64,000 nucleotides of DNA from a virus, in the IMG/VR virus record IMGVR_UViG_3300000216_000003, positions 32,001-96,000 of that record; one strand, given 5' to 3'. The notes under the pieces were generated by a model. That model saw only the letters and a list, made by a program, of their open reading frames with translations, was not told the DNA's origin and made no database searches. This document shows, piece after piece, positions 26,478 through 36,436 of this stretch; positions within the stretch are counted from its first letter, which is position 1; the number at the start of each line of letters is the position of its first letter. A program made the position numbers and the translations under genes.

Positions 26478-28090
26478 TGGATTTACCAGTACGATATATT
26501 CCAATAAATTATCAAACTTTTAGAGCAGTTATTAAGATAACCGTTAAACCAATGGTAAATACTCTACGGATCGAGTATAGTTATCATGACCTCAAACAGC
26601 CACAACTAATACAAACTGTGGAGAAAGCTTTTCTAGAGGACCCCTCTGCTAATAATATATTTAATACTCTACCACTAGAAATGTTATTTAAACATGACAT
26701 CTCTGTGGCTCAAGCAGCATCTCTGGTTTTTTATCTTGAGAATAAATTAAAAGATCCGAAAGATTTTATCCCGATTGACTTACCAAATTTAAAATTATAT
26801 CTACAAAAGTCTCAAATCTATTTAATATATACATTTATTAAATCCGTATCTGAACAATATGAAATAATATTATCTAATTTAAAAAATGAAGGAAATAATA
26901 AAAAGAATGAAGATACTAAAGAGGAGGAAGTAAGTAATGCTAGCAGATCTACTACTTCCGGCGATGTTCGTAACGATGTTCCTGTTGTTCCTAGTAGAGT
27001 TGATAAATCACTGTTGCCCGAGAAGAACGGAGAAATAACAGATATTTTAGAAGAGGCTTTTTCCCTTTCTCCTAATAAAATTGTTAATTTCTACTTAACT
27101 AAGCAAATCATTAATAATAGTCACAGCTGTATCATAGAAGAGAACGGGAATAATATCACCATTGGGATAATCCCCCTTATAGATGTTGAACTTTATAGTT
27201 ATTCTCTATCTAATGTTAGTGATTTGAATAATGTTATTAATTCTTTTGATATTAATCAAGATGATATTATTATTAAGATTAAAACAGCATGTCAACATTT
27301 AAATTATATAATTAATGAACGGCAAAATGTGAAACCATTATTGTTAACGGCGGCATTACAAGTGGTTTCATTCTTAATCTATCTTTACCGTATTAAATTG
27401 CCAAATACTAAATCGGATAACTTCGAGAACATTATTAATGGTTCAATTCAAAGAATTATGATTAATGTATTCAAAAGTCAGACTTCAATCCTCTTTAAGT
27501 TTAAAGATTATTTGGAATTAGATTATGATGAAGAAATTAAGACTATTAATTCATCAGTTGAGAAATACAATTATCTATTAAAAATTGATAAAGATGAATT
27601 TATCGATAGTGTACTGGCGGATGTTAAAACATCTAAAACAACTGAAGAAGAATTAGAATTACCCTTGATTAATACACCTACTGTGATTGATATTACTAAG
27701 TATTTTGGTACTACTATTGATTGGAAAAATGATAAACGTCTTTTGGCATATGAAGTTATTGAAAATCCTAGACACAAAGTCATTAGTCAGTCATATAATC
27801 AATTACTAAAAATTAGCCAAAGTGGTACGAATCTTGCGATAAAAAATATGAATTTGATTGTCTCGAAATATTATGATATAATTACAACTAAGATATTTAA
27901 AGAAATTGACAATAATCAAGAACTAGTAAAGACTAATGTTAGTACATTATTATTAATGAAAAAGTTTATTATTCCATTTGTAAGTAAAAGTACAAGTACA
28001 TATACCCTCCTATTTTTATTATATCAAGTAGTAATACCACATATTCATAATATGCATGGACAAACTCAGTTCATAGATGTATTTCACTAA
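26474..28090 (+). CDS. Large hypothetical protein
   Basis: 538-aa ORF, no motif recognised. Confidence 0.75.
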   Translation: MMDLPVRYIPINYQTFRAVIKITVKPMVNTLRIEYSYHDLKQPQLIQTVEKAFLEDPSANNIFNTLPLEMLFKHDISVAQAASLVFYLENKLKDPKDFIPIDLPNLKLYLQKSQIYLIYTFIKSVSEQYEIILSNLKNEGNNKKNEDTKEEEVSNASRSTTSGDVRNDVPVVPSRVDKSLLPEKNGEITDILEEAFSLSPNKIVNFYLTKQIINNSHSCIIEENGNNITIGIIPLIDVELYSYSLSNVSDLNNVINSFDINQDDIIIKIKTACQHLNYIINERQNVKPLLLTAALQVVSFLIYLYRIKLPNTKSDNFENIINGSIQRIMINVFKSQTSILFKFKDYLELDYDEEIKTINSSVEKYNYLLKIDKDEFIDSVLADVKTSKTTEEELELPLINTPTVIDITKYFGTTIDWKNDKRLLAYEVIENPRHKVISQSYNQLLKISQSGTNLAIKNMNLIVSKYYDIITTKIFKEIDNNQELVKTNVSTLLLMKKFIIPFVSKSTSTYTLLFLLYQVVIPHIHNMHGQTQFIDVFH

Positions 28091-28274
28091 TGAGGTTATA
28101 ATGATTGAAGAACTAAGACTTGAAATCGAAGGATTTCACAATGAACATAATATAGAAGCAGTAGCAGATAAAATTAATGAAATAATTCAATATTTAAATG
28201 CATTAGAAGAACAATTTGGTAATATGGCAGATGTGCTTGCTGAAATACCAAAAGATGCTGAGGACTGGGATTGA
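28077..28274 (+). CDS. Small acidic protein
   Basis: GAGG RBS before internal MIEELR. Confidence 0.6.
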   Translation: MYFTNEVIMIEELRLEIEGFHNEHNIEAVADKINEIIQYLNALEEQFGNMADVLAEIPKDAEDWD

Positions 28275-28409
28275 GTAATGCTATATTCAATATTTAAATA
28301 TATGATAATTGTATTCTCACTTATCATATTTCTGACTGTGGGATCTGCTAGTCTTATACAGGTCATATATGTATTAATACAAACGTTATCATAAATAAGG
28401 TATTTACTA

Positions 28410-28748
28410 ATGATTAAAGCATGTAAAAATTGTAGATGGGCTGGTAAGAAGCAGTTATTTATTATGAAATATCGAACTATGATATGTAAAAATATAAAGA
28501 ATGTCGGTTGGCGTGTAGAACCGCAAAATGAGACGGATTATACTACAGGAACGACTAAATATAATAATGGAGAATATATGACATGTAATGTTGCTAGACT
28601 AGAACATCAGTCTTGTGGTAAAGAAGGTAAACATTTTGAGGCATATGATTCTATCATTAGTAAGATTAAATCATATGGGGGCACATTTATTATAATAGAA
28701 ATTATAATATTAATAGAAGCCATATTTGTATTGAATATGTTTTTATAA
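28410..28748 (+). CDS. Cys-rich protein with C-terminal TM helix
   Basis: CKNC...C...C...CGKEGKHFE. Confidence 0.65.
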   Translation: MIKACKNCRWAGKKQLFIMKYRTMICKNIKNVGWRVEPQNETDYTTGTTKYNNGEYMTCNVARLEHQSCGKEGKHFEAYDSIISKIKSYGGTFIIIEIIILIEAIFVLNMFL

Positions 28749-28759
28749 GGAATAAAATA

Positions 28760-29011
28760 ATGGCAGTATCGAAGATGATTATCTGTAAAGTATGTAAAAA
28801 AGAAAAGTATGTTACCTATTCACTTGGATATTGTGGTCTAGATCCATCTACTTGTAATGAATGCGAGAAACTAGCAAAGGCAAAAGAGAAATCTCAATAT
28901 TTATTGGCATTGGCTAATAAACCAATTATAGAAAGGCTAGCTGCGATTGAAGAATGGATGTATAAAGAAGATCGCAAACCAAAATACGATAATGAACGAA
29001 TATTATATTAA
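28760..29011 (+). CDS. Zinc-finger-like small protein
   Basis: CKVC...CNEC; ERLAAIEEWMY. Confidence 0.65.
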   Translation: MAVSKMIICKVCKKEKYVTYSLGYCGLDPSTCNECEKLAKAKEKSQYLLALANKPIIERLAAIEEWMYKEDRKPKYDNERILY

Positions 29012-29034
29012 AATTTAAGTTTTCATCAATCTTA

Positions 29035-29046
29035 TATAGATATAAT
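29035..29046 (+). promoter_or_regulatory. Phage promoter motif TATAGATATAAT
   Basis: Precedes 16-aa ORF. Confidence 0.7.
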
Positions 29047-29096
29047 CAATTGTAGTAATAAGAATCCTTATTAAAAATAAATTAAGGACTAAATAA

Positions 29097-29147
29097 TTGA
29101 TTCAAGCATCAACTGAAGGATCAGGCGGCTGGGTTGGGGCTGACTGA
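29097..29147 (+). CDS. Candidate 16-aa peptide MIQASTEGSGGWVGAD
   Basis: Promoter, TAAGGA RBS, TTG start, terminator directly after. Confidence 0.45.
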   Translation: MIQASTEGSGGWVGAD

Positions 29148-29157
29148 TATATTAAAG

Positions 29158-29200
29158 ATTGGACGATATTCGAAAGAGTGTCGTCCAATTTATTATATTT
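29158..29200 (+). terminator. Intrinsic terminator with GAAA tetraloop
   Basis: ATTGGACGATATTC-GAAA-GAGTGTCGTCCAAT plus T-rich tail. Confidence 0.75.
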
Positions 29201-29242
29201 GTTCATAGAAAAAGTCCACAACTACGTTTTGAAATATGTTCC

Positions 29243-29254
29243 TATAGATATAAT
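29243..29254 (+). promoter_or_regulatory. Phage promoter motif TATAGATATAAT
   Basis: Heads the unit containing RNAP beta-prime. Confidence 0.7.
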
Positions 29255-29367
29255 ATATTGAAAGGTAATTTTTTTGTTATTTACATTTATATTTTTATAG
29301 GAAGAACTTAGGGCTCCTCCCAGTTCTTTCCTATAATTTTTCAACTTTACATAAAAGGATAATTAAT

Positions 29368-29679
29368 ATGGATATTGATACTCGTTTAATACTTGATTTT
29401 AGTCCTGGTACTAAAATTAACGTTATATCTGCTACTAATGGACAAAAAAGTGTACATGCTCTCACAAGTAAAGAACTATTACTAACTAGAGCTCACTTAT
29501 ATGAAATTCCCATCACTAATAAAGAACTTAATTATAAAGATTATCATGTAATTAAAGTAGAAGGTGATATTTCCGAAAGAATACACATTTTAAATGTTAG
29601 AGATGGTATGATTGTTATAGAAGCGATTGTTCATCTTGCCAAACTTAAAGATCAAATGGTTATTGGAAAAGTAATTTAA
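29368..29679 (+). CDS. Hypothetical protein
   Basis: AAGGA RBS. Confidence 0.7.
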   Translation: MDIDTRLILDFSPGTKINVISATNGQKSVHALTSKELLLTRAHLYEIPITNKELNYKDYHVIKVEGDISERIHILNVRDGMIVIEAIVHLAKLKDQMVIGKVI

Positions 29680-29695
29680 TTATTAGGATTTCGTA

Positions 29696-29881
29696 ATGAA
29701 ACTGAACGTAACAAAAAAAGAATTAAAATTTTTAGATGTTACAGATACTATTATTATAGAAACTAGAGATAAAAAATTATTGAAAATAAAGCCTATTGGA
29801 AAAGGGTTTAATATTAGTATCGATGATATTATATACGATGTGAGTGATGGAACCATTAAAAAAATAGGGACTAATGATTAA
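29696..29881 (+). CDS. Hypothetical protein
   Basis: AGGA RBS, coupled to beta-prime gene. Confidence 0.6.
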   Translation: MKLNVTKKELKFLDVTDTIIIETRDKKLLKIKPIGKGFNISIDDIIYDVSDGTIKKIGTND

Positions 29882-32800
29882 TAAACAAGATCTACCTGAA
29901 ATTACATCATCAAAATTATATTTAGATAGTAAGAAGTCGCAAGTAGATCAAGCCGGTTTAATTTCTGAAATTGCCTTTGGACCGGTTAAATCTTATAAAT
30001 GCTCATGTGGTAATCTTAATTCCAAAGTTATTCATGAGAATCAAAGATGTATTAAGTGTAAAGTGGAATGTATTGATAATGCTTCTAGGTATACTAGATT
30101 TGCTAAAATCAGTTTACCATTTCCAATACTCAAAAAACTCGAAAGACAAAAACTACTCAAATTTGTAAAGCGGAAGAATGCACACATATTAGATCCGGTT
30201 CAGTCAGATCGACTAACAACTACATCATTTTATATTCAATATATTAAAGATACAGATAAACTGGAATTAGTTACTGATTATGATGCTGGAAACTGTATAC
30301 CATTAGTAATAACTGGCTTATTTACATTATATTTAGGATTGTATATTGCACAAGTATACTTTACTTCTAAATCAGCAGAAGAACTATTATCTAATTTCTT
30401 TTTTGATCTTTTAGTTGTCCCTCCAAATACACGTATGTCTATACTTGTAGAGAAGGATAGTAAGATGACTATGATCACTCATGAATTAGATAATATTTAT
30501 ATTAAAATTCTAAGACTAAAGCATTATTGCACTAAGTTTGATACATATCAACAGATTCGAGAATATACTGATATGATAATTCAATCATTAGATAATAAGA
30601 TTGGGATTCCAATTACTGATGATATTTTAATTACATTTGATCAATTAACAAGTAAAATTACTTATTATTGCGATGATGTATATTCTCATATTACAGGAAC
30701 TCTTAGTGGAAAGACTGGGTTGATTCGGGATCAATTTTTAGGTAGATCTATTGACTTTAGTAGCAGAGCAGTAATTGTACCAGATCCAACTTTAAAAGCT
30801 CATGAAATAATAATTCCTCGTAAGATATTCTTAAAACTATGGCTTATAGAATACTATAGATATTTAAGAACTATGCTTAAAGATGAATGGGCCACTCTTC
30901 AGACAGCGAAGATATTATCATCAGTTACGAAGACAGAAAATTCATATACGAATGAATTAGAATATGTTGATGAATTTATTGAATACTTTTTTAGAGAAAG
31001 TGACTATAGACAACGAATTGTACTCGTAAACAGACAACCGACATTGTGGCGATACGGTATGCCCGGAGTTATTGTATCTGGAATTACAGAAGAGAATGTA
31101 ATTAAAATTAGCCCTATTAGCACACAACCATTAAATGCTGACTTTGATGGTGATACATATGCTCTTTATCGGTTACATGATAGAGGAGCTATTCAAGAAA
31201 TATCGCAAAATGCTTACACTTTAAATAATATTCAATATGATCATAATACAGCATATCTTAATACTTTATCAATGGAATCTAAATATAGTTTTGTTCTTCT
31301 AACTTACTCCAAGATAAATAATGATTTAGAATATATCACTATAGATTCTTTAAAATCACTACCAATATATGAAGAACCAGAGTTAAATAAATTAGTACTA
31401 TTTAATAAGAAGAGATATTCATATGGAGTATGTCTATTAAATAAATGGTGTGGATTTGATAATATTATACTAACTAAAGAATCATCATCTGATGATCTTT
31501 CGAAAGAAATACATAAAGATAGTTTGTCTAATGAAGATTACTTTAATAGAATAAATAAAGTAAATCAATTGTTAAGTTGGTTGGTATCTACTCATTCAAA
31601 GGAAACATTAACTTTACCTTTTAACGAAGCAATTACTATTGTACATAGTGCACGTGAGAATCATCTTCTCCAACATCTACCATCTAATCCACATATAGGG
31701 CATCAAGTACATCAAACTTTTGTAAATGATGCATATAAAAATATTCCGGAAGAGTTTAAACTTGCCAAATTAGCCAAGTCTAAATATAATAAAGTACAAT
31801 TTTCAAGATCTCTTGTATCTATTGGATATATTGCAGATGATAGAAATATCATCTCACCAGAACCAGTAACGACTGCTCTACTTAGTGGATTAACTGAAGA
31901 AGAATTTTTCAGAACATCATATGGAAGTCGTAAAGGTATTGTTGACAAGCATGATGCAACACCCCGGTCTGGATACTTGGAAAGATCATTAGTATTAAAC
32001 TTATCTCCCATCGAGATAGCAGAAGAAGATTGTAACTCTACTCATGGATTTATGATTAAAATACAAGATATTAGACATTCTAAAAGTCTAAAGAATAGAT
32101 ATTATAGTAATAATACTGGTTGGGTATTATTTGATGGTGGAGCAGAACATGTTGGAAATAGTTATTCTTTTAGAAGTCCTATTACATGTGCCTCTCCAAA
32201 CTTTAAGATTTGTCAAAAATGTTTTGGTAGATATGAACAACGCTCTAAATTTGTAGGAATATTAGCCGGCCAATATATTGCTGAACGACTGACTCAGCTA
32301 AGTATGAGATCATTTCACACAAGTGGAAGTGCTACACTACCAGTGAACAATAATATAGAAACATTTATTAAAAATCATTTAGTTGAAATTGTTAATTATG
32401 ATGATCATTGTAATTTAATATTCGATATTAAAGTAGATAATCATACATATCAAGAGTTTAAGAAAGTTGAAGGCTTTGTTAAGACAGCGAATTATGATAA
32501 TATTCTTAGTTATTCTAATACTGGAGAAGTAGACAATTCAGACATTACAAAAGTCATTCAAGATATCAACAATCTACTCAATACAGATAAGAACCCTAAC
32601 CTAGCAGAAACTTATAGTAGTTTTATTACTAATACACTTTCTGTGGGTGATATCTATTCTGTTTACTGTGAAATTGTATTGGCTAATTTGTTTGTCAATA
32701 AAGATAATGTTGTGCTTAGATATGCTCTTGCAAATAGTGCTGATCCGAAAGATTGGGTTGAATATAAGAAATATAGTATTAGAGAAGTGCATAGTATTTT

Positions 32801-32927
32801 ATCTTCTACATTATCTTTACTATTTCAACCAAATCATAAAACAATAAAGAACTTATATCGTAAACTACAAACAGGTACTGTTGATGATGTTAGTATCTTT
32901 GAAAGAATATGGGCTAATAAATTATGA
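29874..32927 (+). CDS. Phage multisubunit RNA polymerase beta-prime-like subunit
   Basis: FGP..SYKCSCG...CIKC zinc finger, GKTGLIR...GRSIDFSSRAVI, NRQPTL, catalytic NADFDGD, SRKGIVD..T..SGYLER bridge helix, TQLSMRSFH trigger loop. Confidence 0.95.
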   Translation: MINKQDLPEITSSKLYLDSKKSQVDQAGLISEIAFGPVKSYKCSCGNLNSKVIHENQRCIKCKVECIDNASRYTRFAKISLPFPILKKLERQKLLKFVKRKNAHILDPVQSDRLTTTSFYIQYIKDTDKLELVTDYDAGNCIPLVITGLFTLYLGLYIAQVYFTSKSAEELLSNFFFDLLVVPPNTRMSILVEKDSKMTMITHELDNIYIKILRLKHYCTKFDTYQQIREYTDMIIQSLDNKIGIPITDDILITFDQLTSKITYYCDDVYSHITGTLSGKTGLIRDQFLGRSIDFSSRAVIVPDPTLKAHEIIIPRKIFLKLWLIEYYRYLRTMLKDEWATLQTAKILSSVTKTENSYTNELEYVDEFIEYFFRESDYRQRIVLVNRQPTLWRYGMPGVIVSGITEENVIKISPISTQPLNADFDGDTYALYRLHDRGAIQEISQNAYTLNNIQYDHNTAYLNTLSMESKYSFVLLTYSKINNDLEYITIDSLKSLPIYEEPELNKLVLFNKKRYSYGVCLLNKWCGFDNIILTKESSSDDLSKEIHKDSLSNEDYFNRINKVNQLLSWLVSTHSKETLTLPFNEAITIVHSARENHLLQHLPSNPHIGHQVHQTFVNDAYKNIPEEFKLAKLAKSKYNKVQFSRSLVSIGYIADDRNIISPEPVTTALLSGLTEEEFFRTSYGSRKGIVDKHDATPRSGYLERSLVLNLSPIEIAEEDCNSTHGFMIKIQDIRHSKSLKNRYYSNNTGWVLFDGGAEHVGNSYSFRSPITCASPNFKICQKCFGRYEQRSKFVGILAGQYIAERLTQLSMRSFHTSGSATLPVNNNIETFIKNHLVEIVNYDDHCNLIFDIKVDNHTYQEFKKVEGFVKTANYDNILSYSNTGEVDNSDITKVIQDINNLLNTDKNPNLAETYSSFITNTLSVGDIYSVYCEIVLANLFVNKDNVVLRYALANSADPKDWVEYKKYSIREVHSILSSTLSLLFQPNHKTIKNLYRKLQTGTVDDVSIFERIWANKL

Positions 32928-33121
32928 TCTTTGAATTATTACTAGATTTGATTTCATTTAATCGGACAATCCATCCAATAATATTTATAATAGGTGTTAT
33001 TATTGTTATTGGATTAGTTATGGCAACATATGGGATCTAAATTAAATGAAGATATTGTATTAATAGTTATGATAGGTATTGGAATTGCCGTTATTATATA
33101 TGAAATTATTAAATTATTAGA

Positions 33122-33619
33122 ATGATTTACTTTACATCAGATACTCACTTTAATCATGCTAAGTGTATTGAATATGATAATAGACCATTTAGAGATGTTG
33201 AAGATATGAATAGTAGTATTATAAGAAACTGGAATAATGTTATCTCCCCCATGGATGAAGTTTACCATTTAGGGGATGTTGCATTTGGTAGAGGTGATGA
33301 GTGCCTAGAAATTTTAAATAGTTTGAACGGCACTATCTATCTCTTAAAAGGTAATCATGAGAAAACAGCTCTTAATAGTTCTTCATCCAGATTTACATGG
33401 GTGAAGGATTATTATGAACTTAAATATAATAAACAGGTATTTGTACTTTGTCATTATCCATTTGCAACTTGGAATCGTTCTCATTATGGTTCAATGAATT
33501 TACATGGACATTGTCACGGTACCTATCTAGATCTTAGAAACCAAGTAGATGTTGGCACCATGTGTCATAATTATACACCAATTTCAATTAACCAACTAAT
33601 GGAGAATTTTAGAATATGA
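33122..33619 (+). CDS. Calcineurin-like metallophosphoesterase
   Basis: SDTHF, HLGD, GNHE, CHYP, HGHCH. Confidence 0.9.
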   Translation: MIYFTSDTHFNHAKCIEYDNRPFRDVEDMNSSIIRNWNNVISPMDEVYHLGDVAFGRGDECLEILNSLNGTIYLLKGNHEKTALNSSSSRFTWVKDYYELKYNKQVFVLCHYPFATWNRSHYGSMNLHGHCHGTYLDLRNQVDVGTMCHNYTPISINQLMENFRI

Positions 33620-33927
33620 AAGTTGTATCATTCATGTTAACAAATAATAGAGAAATTATTGGCACCCTTATCGAAGATAAAGAGTCAGTGATTATTCTTA
33701 AGAATGTGATAAGTATTGTAGTTTCTCAGAATCCAGAGACTCAAGAATTGAAGAAAGAATTCGCTCCACTTACTATGTTTGCAAAAAATGGTGAGAAAGG
33801 TATTAAAATGGATTTACCTAGAACATCTGTACTATTTTCATATGCATTGGATACTACATTAGAAGCGGCATATACTACATTTGTTACAGGTATTGCTACA
33901 CCTCCAAAACCTAAAATTATTGTATAA
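33616..33927 (+). CDS. Sm/LSm-like protein
   Basis: V...LTNNREIIGTL.......ILKN Sm1-like pattern; C-terminal Y....TGIATP as in T4-like phage Sm proteins. Confidence 0.55.
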   Translation: MKVVSFMLTNNREIIGTLIEDKESVIILKNVISIVVSQNPETQELKKEFAPLTMFAKNGEKGIKMDLPRTSVLFSYALDTTLEAAYTTFVTGIATPPKPKIIV

Positions 33928-34178
33928 TGGATCATAAACTTAATAATATCATAGATAAGCATCTTGAATTATTAGCGGATAATAAATTCGAAGAATGTAA
34001 TAAAATATTAAAACGAACTAGAATAAAGACTACTAAAACGGAAGAGTTACTCACTCATATGCAAGCAACAGTAGCCTTTAAAGATGAATTACCTTATTAT
34101 AATACATTATATACTGAATCAGTTAAACATATGAAAAGAAGGAAAGAATTTACTGAAGCCTTAATCGAAGGATTATAG
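33927..34178 (+). CDS. Hypothetical protein
   Basis: Coupled ORF. Confidence 0.65.
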   Translation: MDHKLNNIIDKHLELLADNKFEECNKILKRTRIKTTKTEELLTHMQATVAFKDELPYYNTLYTESVKHMKRRKEFTEALIEGL

Positions 34179-34179
34179 T

Positions 34180-34458
34180 ATGTCTACTGAACAAGATAAT
34201 AAACTAGTTTGGAACGCATTTAAGATTATTATGGCTTTTGGAATAGCTATATATATTGCAGTTGTTGTATTTAACAAAGGTAATAATACAGCTACACAGT
34301 ATTACACAAAGACAATTACTAATAAATTTTTAGCTACTGATTGTCTTAAATATGATCAAAAAACTGGTAAATTAGTAGGAAATAATTCTTCCGAAACATG
34401 TAATCATAAAAAGAATACAAATGATATTATAGTATTATTTAATATATTAAATAAATAA
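34180..34458 (+). CDS. Membrane-anchored hypothetical protein
   Basis: N-terminal TM helix. Confidence 0.6.
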   Translation: MSTEQDNKLVWNAFKIIMAFGIAIYIAVVVFNKGNNTATQYYTKTITNKFLATDCLKYDQKTGKLVGNNSSETCNHKKNTNDIIVLFNILNK

Positions 34459-34459
34459 T

Positions 34460-34678
34460 ATGGAGATAAATACTAATGAGATGAGATTATTATATGGGAA
34501 AGATATGAATATGACGTCTCTTATTGATCATATTAAAGAAGTAAGAGACCAGAAAATTCAAGAAGTAGCTAATGGAAGTGATGCCCGCTCTACGACTAGT
34601 GTCGTGGAGCAGGTTCAATTTCGTAATCAAGTAGAACTTGACCGAGGAATCGGACATAGTATTAACATTAAAGTTTAA
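34460..34678 (+). CDS. Hypothetical protein
   Basis: Coupled ORF followed by hairpin 34677-34700. Confidence 0.6.
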   Translation: MEINTNEMRLLYGKDMNMTSLIDHIKEVRDQKIQEVANGSDARSTTSVVEQVQFRNQVELDRGIGHSINIKV

Positions 34679-34729
34679 GTGGAATCCCCACTTTTTATTT
34701 GTCAATCAGACTAAGGATGATAATCAAGC

Positions 34730-35410
34730 ATGAAAATTTATAGAATTAATAAGCATAAAGTAAGTGATGGCCTAATGATAGATCATAGCCCTTTTCATAA
34801 AATTGTACTTGGAAAAGGTAAAGACAAGCGTTCAACTTGGATGCCAATCGGTACTAAAGATGTACCTCAAATTACAGAAGAAGTTGATATTTGCCCACAG
34901 AGAGGGAAGTTTGTTACAGAAGTAGGGGAAGGTGTATCTAAGAATTGTCGTTTATGCGGTGAAATTCTAAATACTGATGGTAACCATCCGGATGCTGGTA
35001 TGACTCGAAGAATTAATAAAGCTAATGTATTATTCTTAAGAGATAAAGAGACCGGTAAGAGAACTGGTAAATATTTATTAGTGGCTCCAAGAGAAAATAT
35101 AGATGATGATAGTGATCGTGTACTAGTATTGTGGAGAGTCCCATTTAGTTCTGCCGTTACTATTAGTTCTACAACAAATGCAAAGATTGTAGCAATGGAT
35201 GTAAATACTACACATAGCTTGGAAACTGCAGAATGTTTTGCTATTCTTAATAAAGGGCAATCATTAACCGCTGAAGTCCATGGTCAACAATATGGTACAT
35301 TAACATATTCAGGAAAACAATTAGATGCAAAAGAACCTTTATTTAAAACAGAGTTTATTAAAACTAATGACATTGTAATCCCAGAAGAAGCTGTTGAAGA
35401 AGCTGCTTGA
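34730..35410 (+). CDS. Hypothetical protein with possible zinc site
   Basis: CPQ...CRLC...H; TAAGGA RBS. Confidence 0.7.
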   Translation: MKIYRINKHKVSDGLMIDHSPFHKIVLGKGKDKRSTWMPIGTKDVPQITEEVDICPQRGKFVTEVGEGVSKNCRLCGEILNTDGNHPDAGMTRRINKANVLFLRDKETGKRTGKYLLVAPRENIDDDSDRVLVLWRVPFSSAVTISSTTNAKIVAMDVNTTHSLETAECFAILNKGQSLTAEVHGQQYGTLTYSGKQLDAKEPLFKTEFIKTNDIVIPEEAVEEAA

Positions 35411-35426
35411 GTATTGATAAATTTGA

Positions 35427-35438
35427 TATAGATATAAT
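35427..35438 (+). promoter_or_regulatory. Phage promoter motif TATAGATATAAT
   Basis: Upstream of clpS. Confidence 0.7.
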
Positions 35439-35471
35439 GGAATTCAATCACTCTTAAATAGGATTATTTAT

Positions 35472-35777
35472 ATGTCAGATATAAATGTATTAGAACCCGA
35501 ATTGAAGAATAAGAAAAAGGTAAAAGAACCAACATTCTGGAAAGTAATATTAAAGAATGATGATTTTACTCCTATGAATTTTGTTATTGATGTACTGCAA
35601 AAATTCTTTGGAAAATCAGCAGGAGTAGCTGAACAGATTATGATGAATGTCCATGAGCAAGGACAGGGTATCGCTGGTCTATATACTCATGAAATTGCAG
35701 AAACCAAAGTAGAACAAGTTAATACGTATGCTAAACAGCATAATCATCCATTTACTGTAACAATGCAGGAGAACTAG
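35472..35777 (+). CDS. clpS: Clp protease adaptor ClpS
   Basis: KVILKNDDFTPMNFVIDVLQKFF...MMNVHEQG.GIAGLYTHEIAETKV. Confidence 0.93.
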   Translation: MSDINVLEPELKNKKKVKEPTFWKVILKNDDFTPMNFVIDVLQKFFGKSAGVAEQIMMNVHEQGQGIAGLYTHEIAETKVEQVNTYAKQHNHPFTVTMQEN

Positions 35778-35778
35778 A

Positions 35779-35964
35779 TTGTCGAATTCCCCCATTTATG
35801 ATGGTATGCAAGATTTTATCAATTATTTAAAACAAGAAGTTGAAGATATTCAAGTATATGGATTATATACATCTACTAATAGCTTGGATACCTTTAAACA
35901 AACTCTTAAAGTATGTAATGATATGATTAAAACATTACCTATTAAAAGTGTCGCATCGATTTAA
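35779..35964 (+). CDS. Hypothetical protein
   Basis: TTG start after AGGAG. Confidence 0.5.
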   Translation: MSNSPIYDGMQDFINYLKQEVEDIQVYGLYTSTNSLDTFKQTLKVCNDMIKTLPIKSVASI

Positions 35965-36175
35965 TGTTTATTGGCGATGCGGTAACTGTCAAGAAGTGAT
36001 TATTACTTCAGCAGTTACCGCAGAGTCTTTTACTAAACATAGATCCTCACAATCTGAGTATTCTATGAATTATAGGCATCATGCATGTTTAAATACCGAA
36101 GTTATTGGTATATTGATTCCCTTTAAATTTGAAAAGGATATAATAACACATGAACAATCCAGATTGCTTAACTAA
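35948..36175 (+). CDS. Hypothetical zinc-ribbon-like protein
   Basis: CGNC...HAC. Confidence 0.5.
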   Translation: MSHRFNVYWRCGNCQEVIITSAVTAESFTKHRSSQSEYSMNYRHHACLNTEVIGILIPFKFEKDIITHEQSRLLN

Positions 36176-36383
36176 ATGTTATAATTATCAAGGTATTCAA
36201 AATGATTTAGAATCGATGGCGGCCATATTATATAATATATGTACACATAAAAAACATAATAGTAGTGCTTTAGAATGGTTATCAAAGAATTATCCAGATT
36301 TATTTGAAAAATTAAAAGAATCAGATAATCAAAATAATTATAAACCTGGGTTTGATCATGGAATACAAACAAATGATAAGTAA
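36150..36383 (+). CDS. Hypothetical protein
   Basis: AAGGA RBS. Confidence 0.55.
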   Translation: MNNPDCLTKCYNYQGIQNDLESMAAILYNICTHKKHNSSALEWLSKNYPDLFEKLKESDNQNNYKPGFDHGIQTNDK

Positions 36384-36436
36384 AGAATTTACATATTGAC
36401 TTTAAGGGTATTTTGAAATAGGAAGGTAAAAATTAA

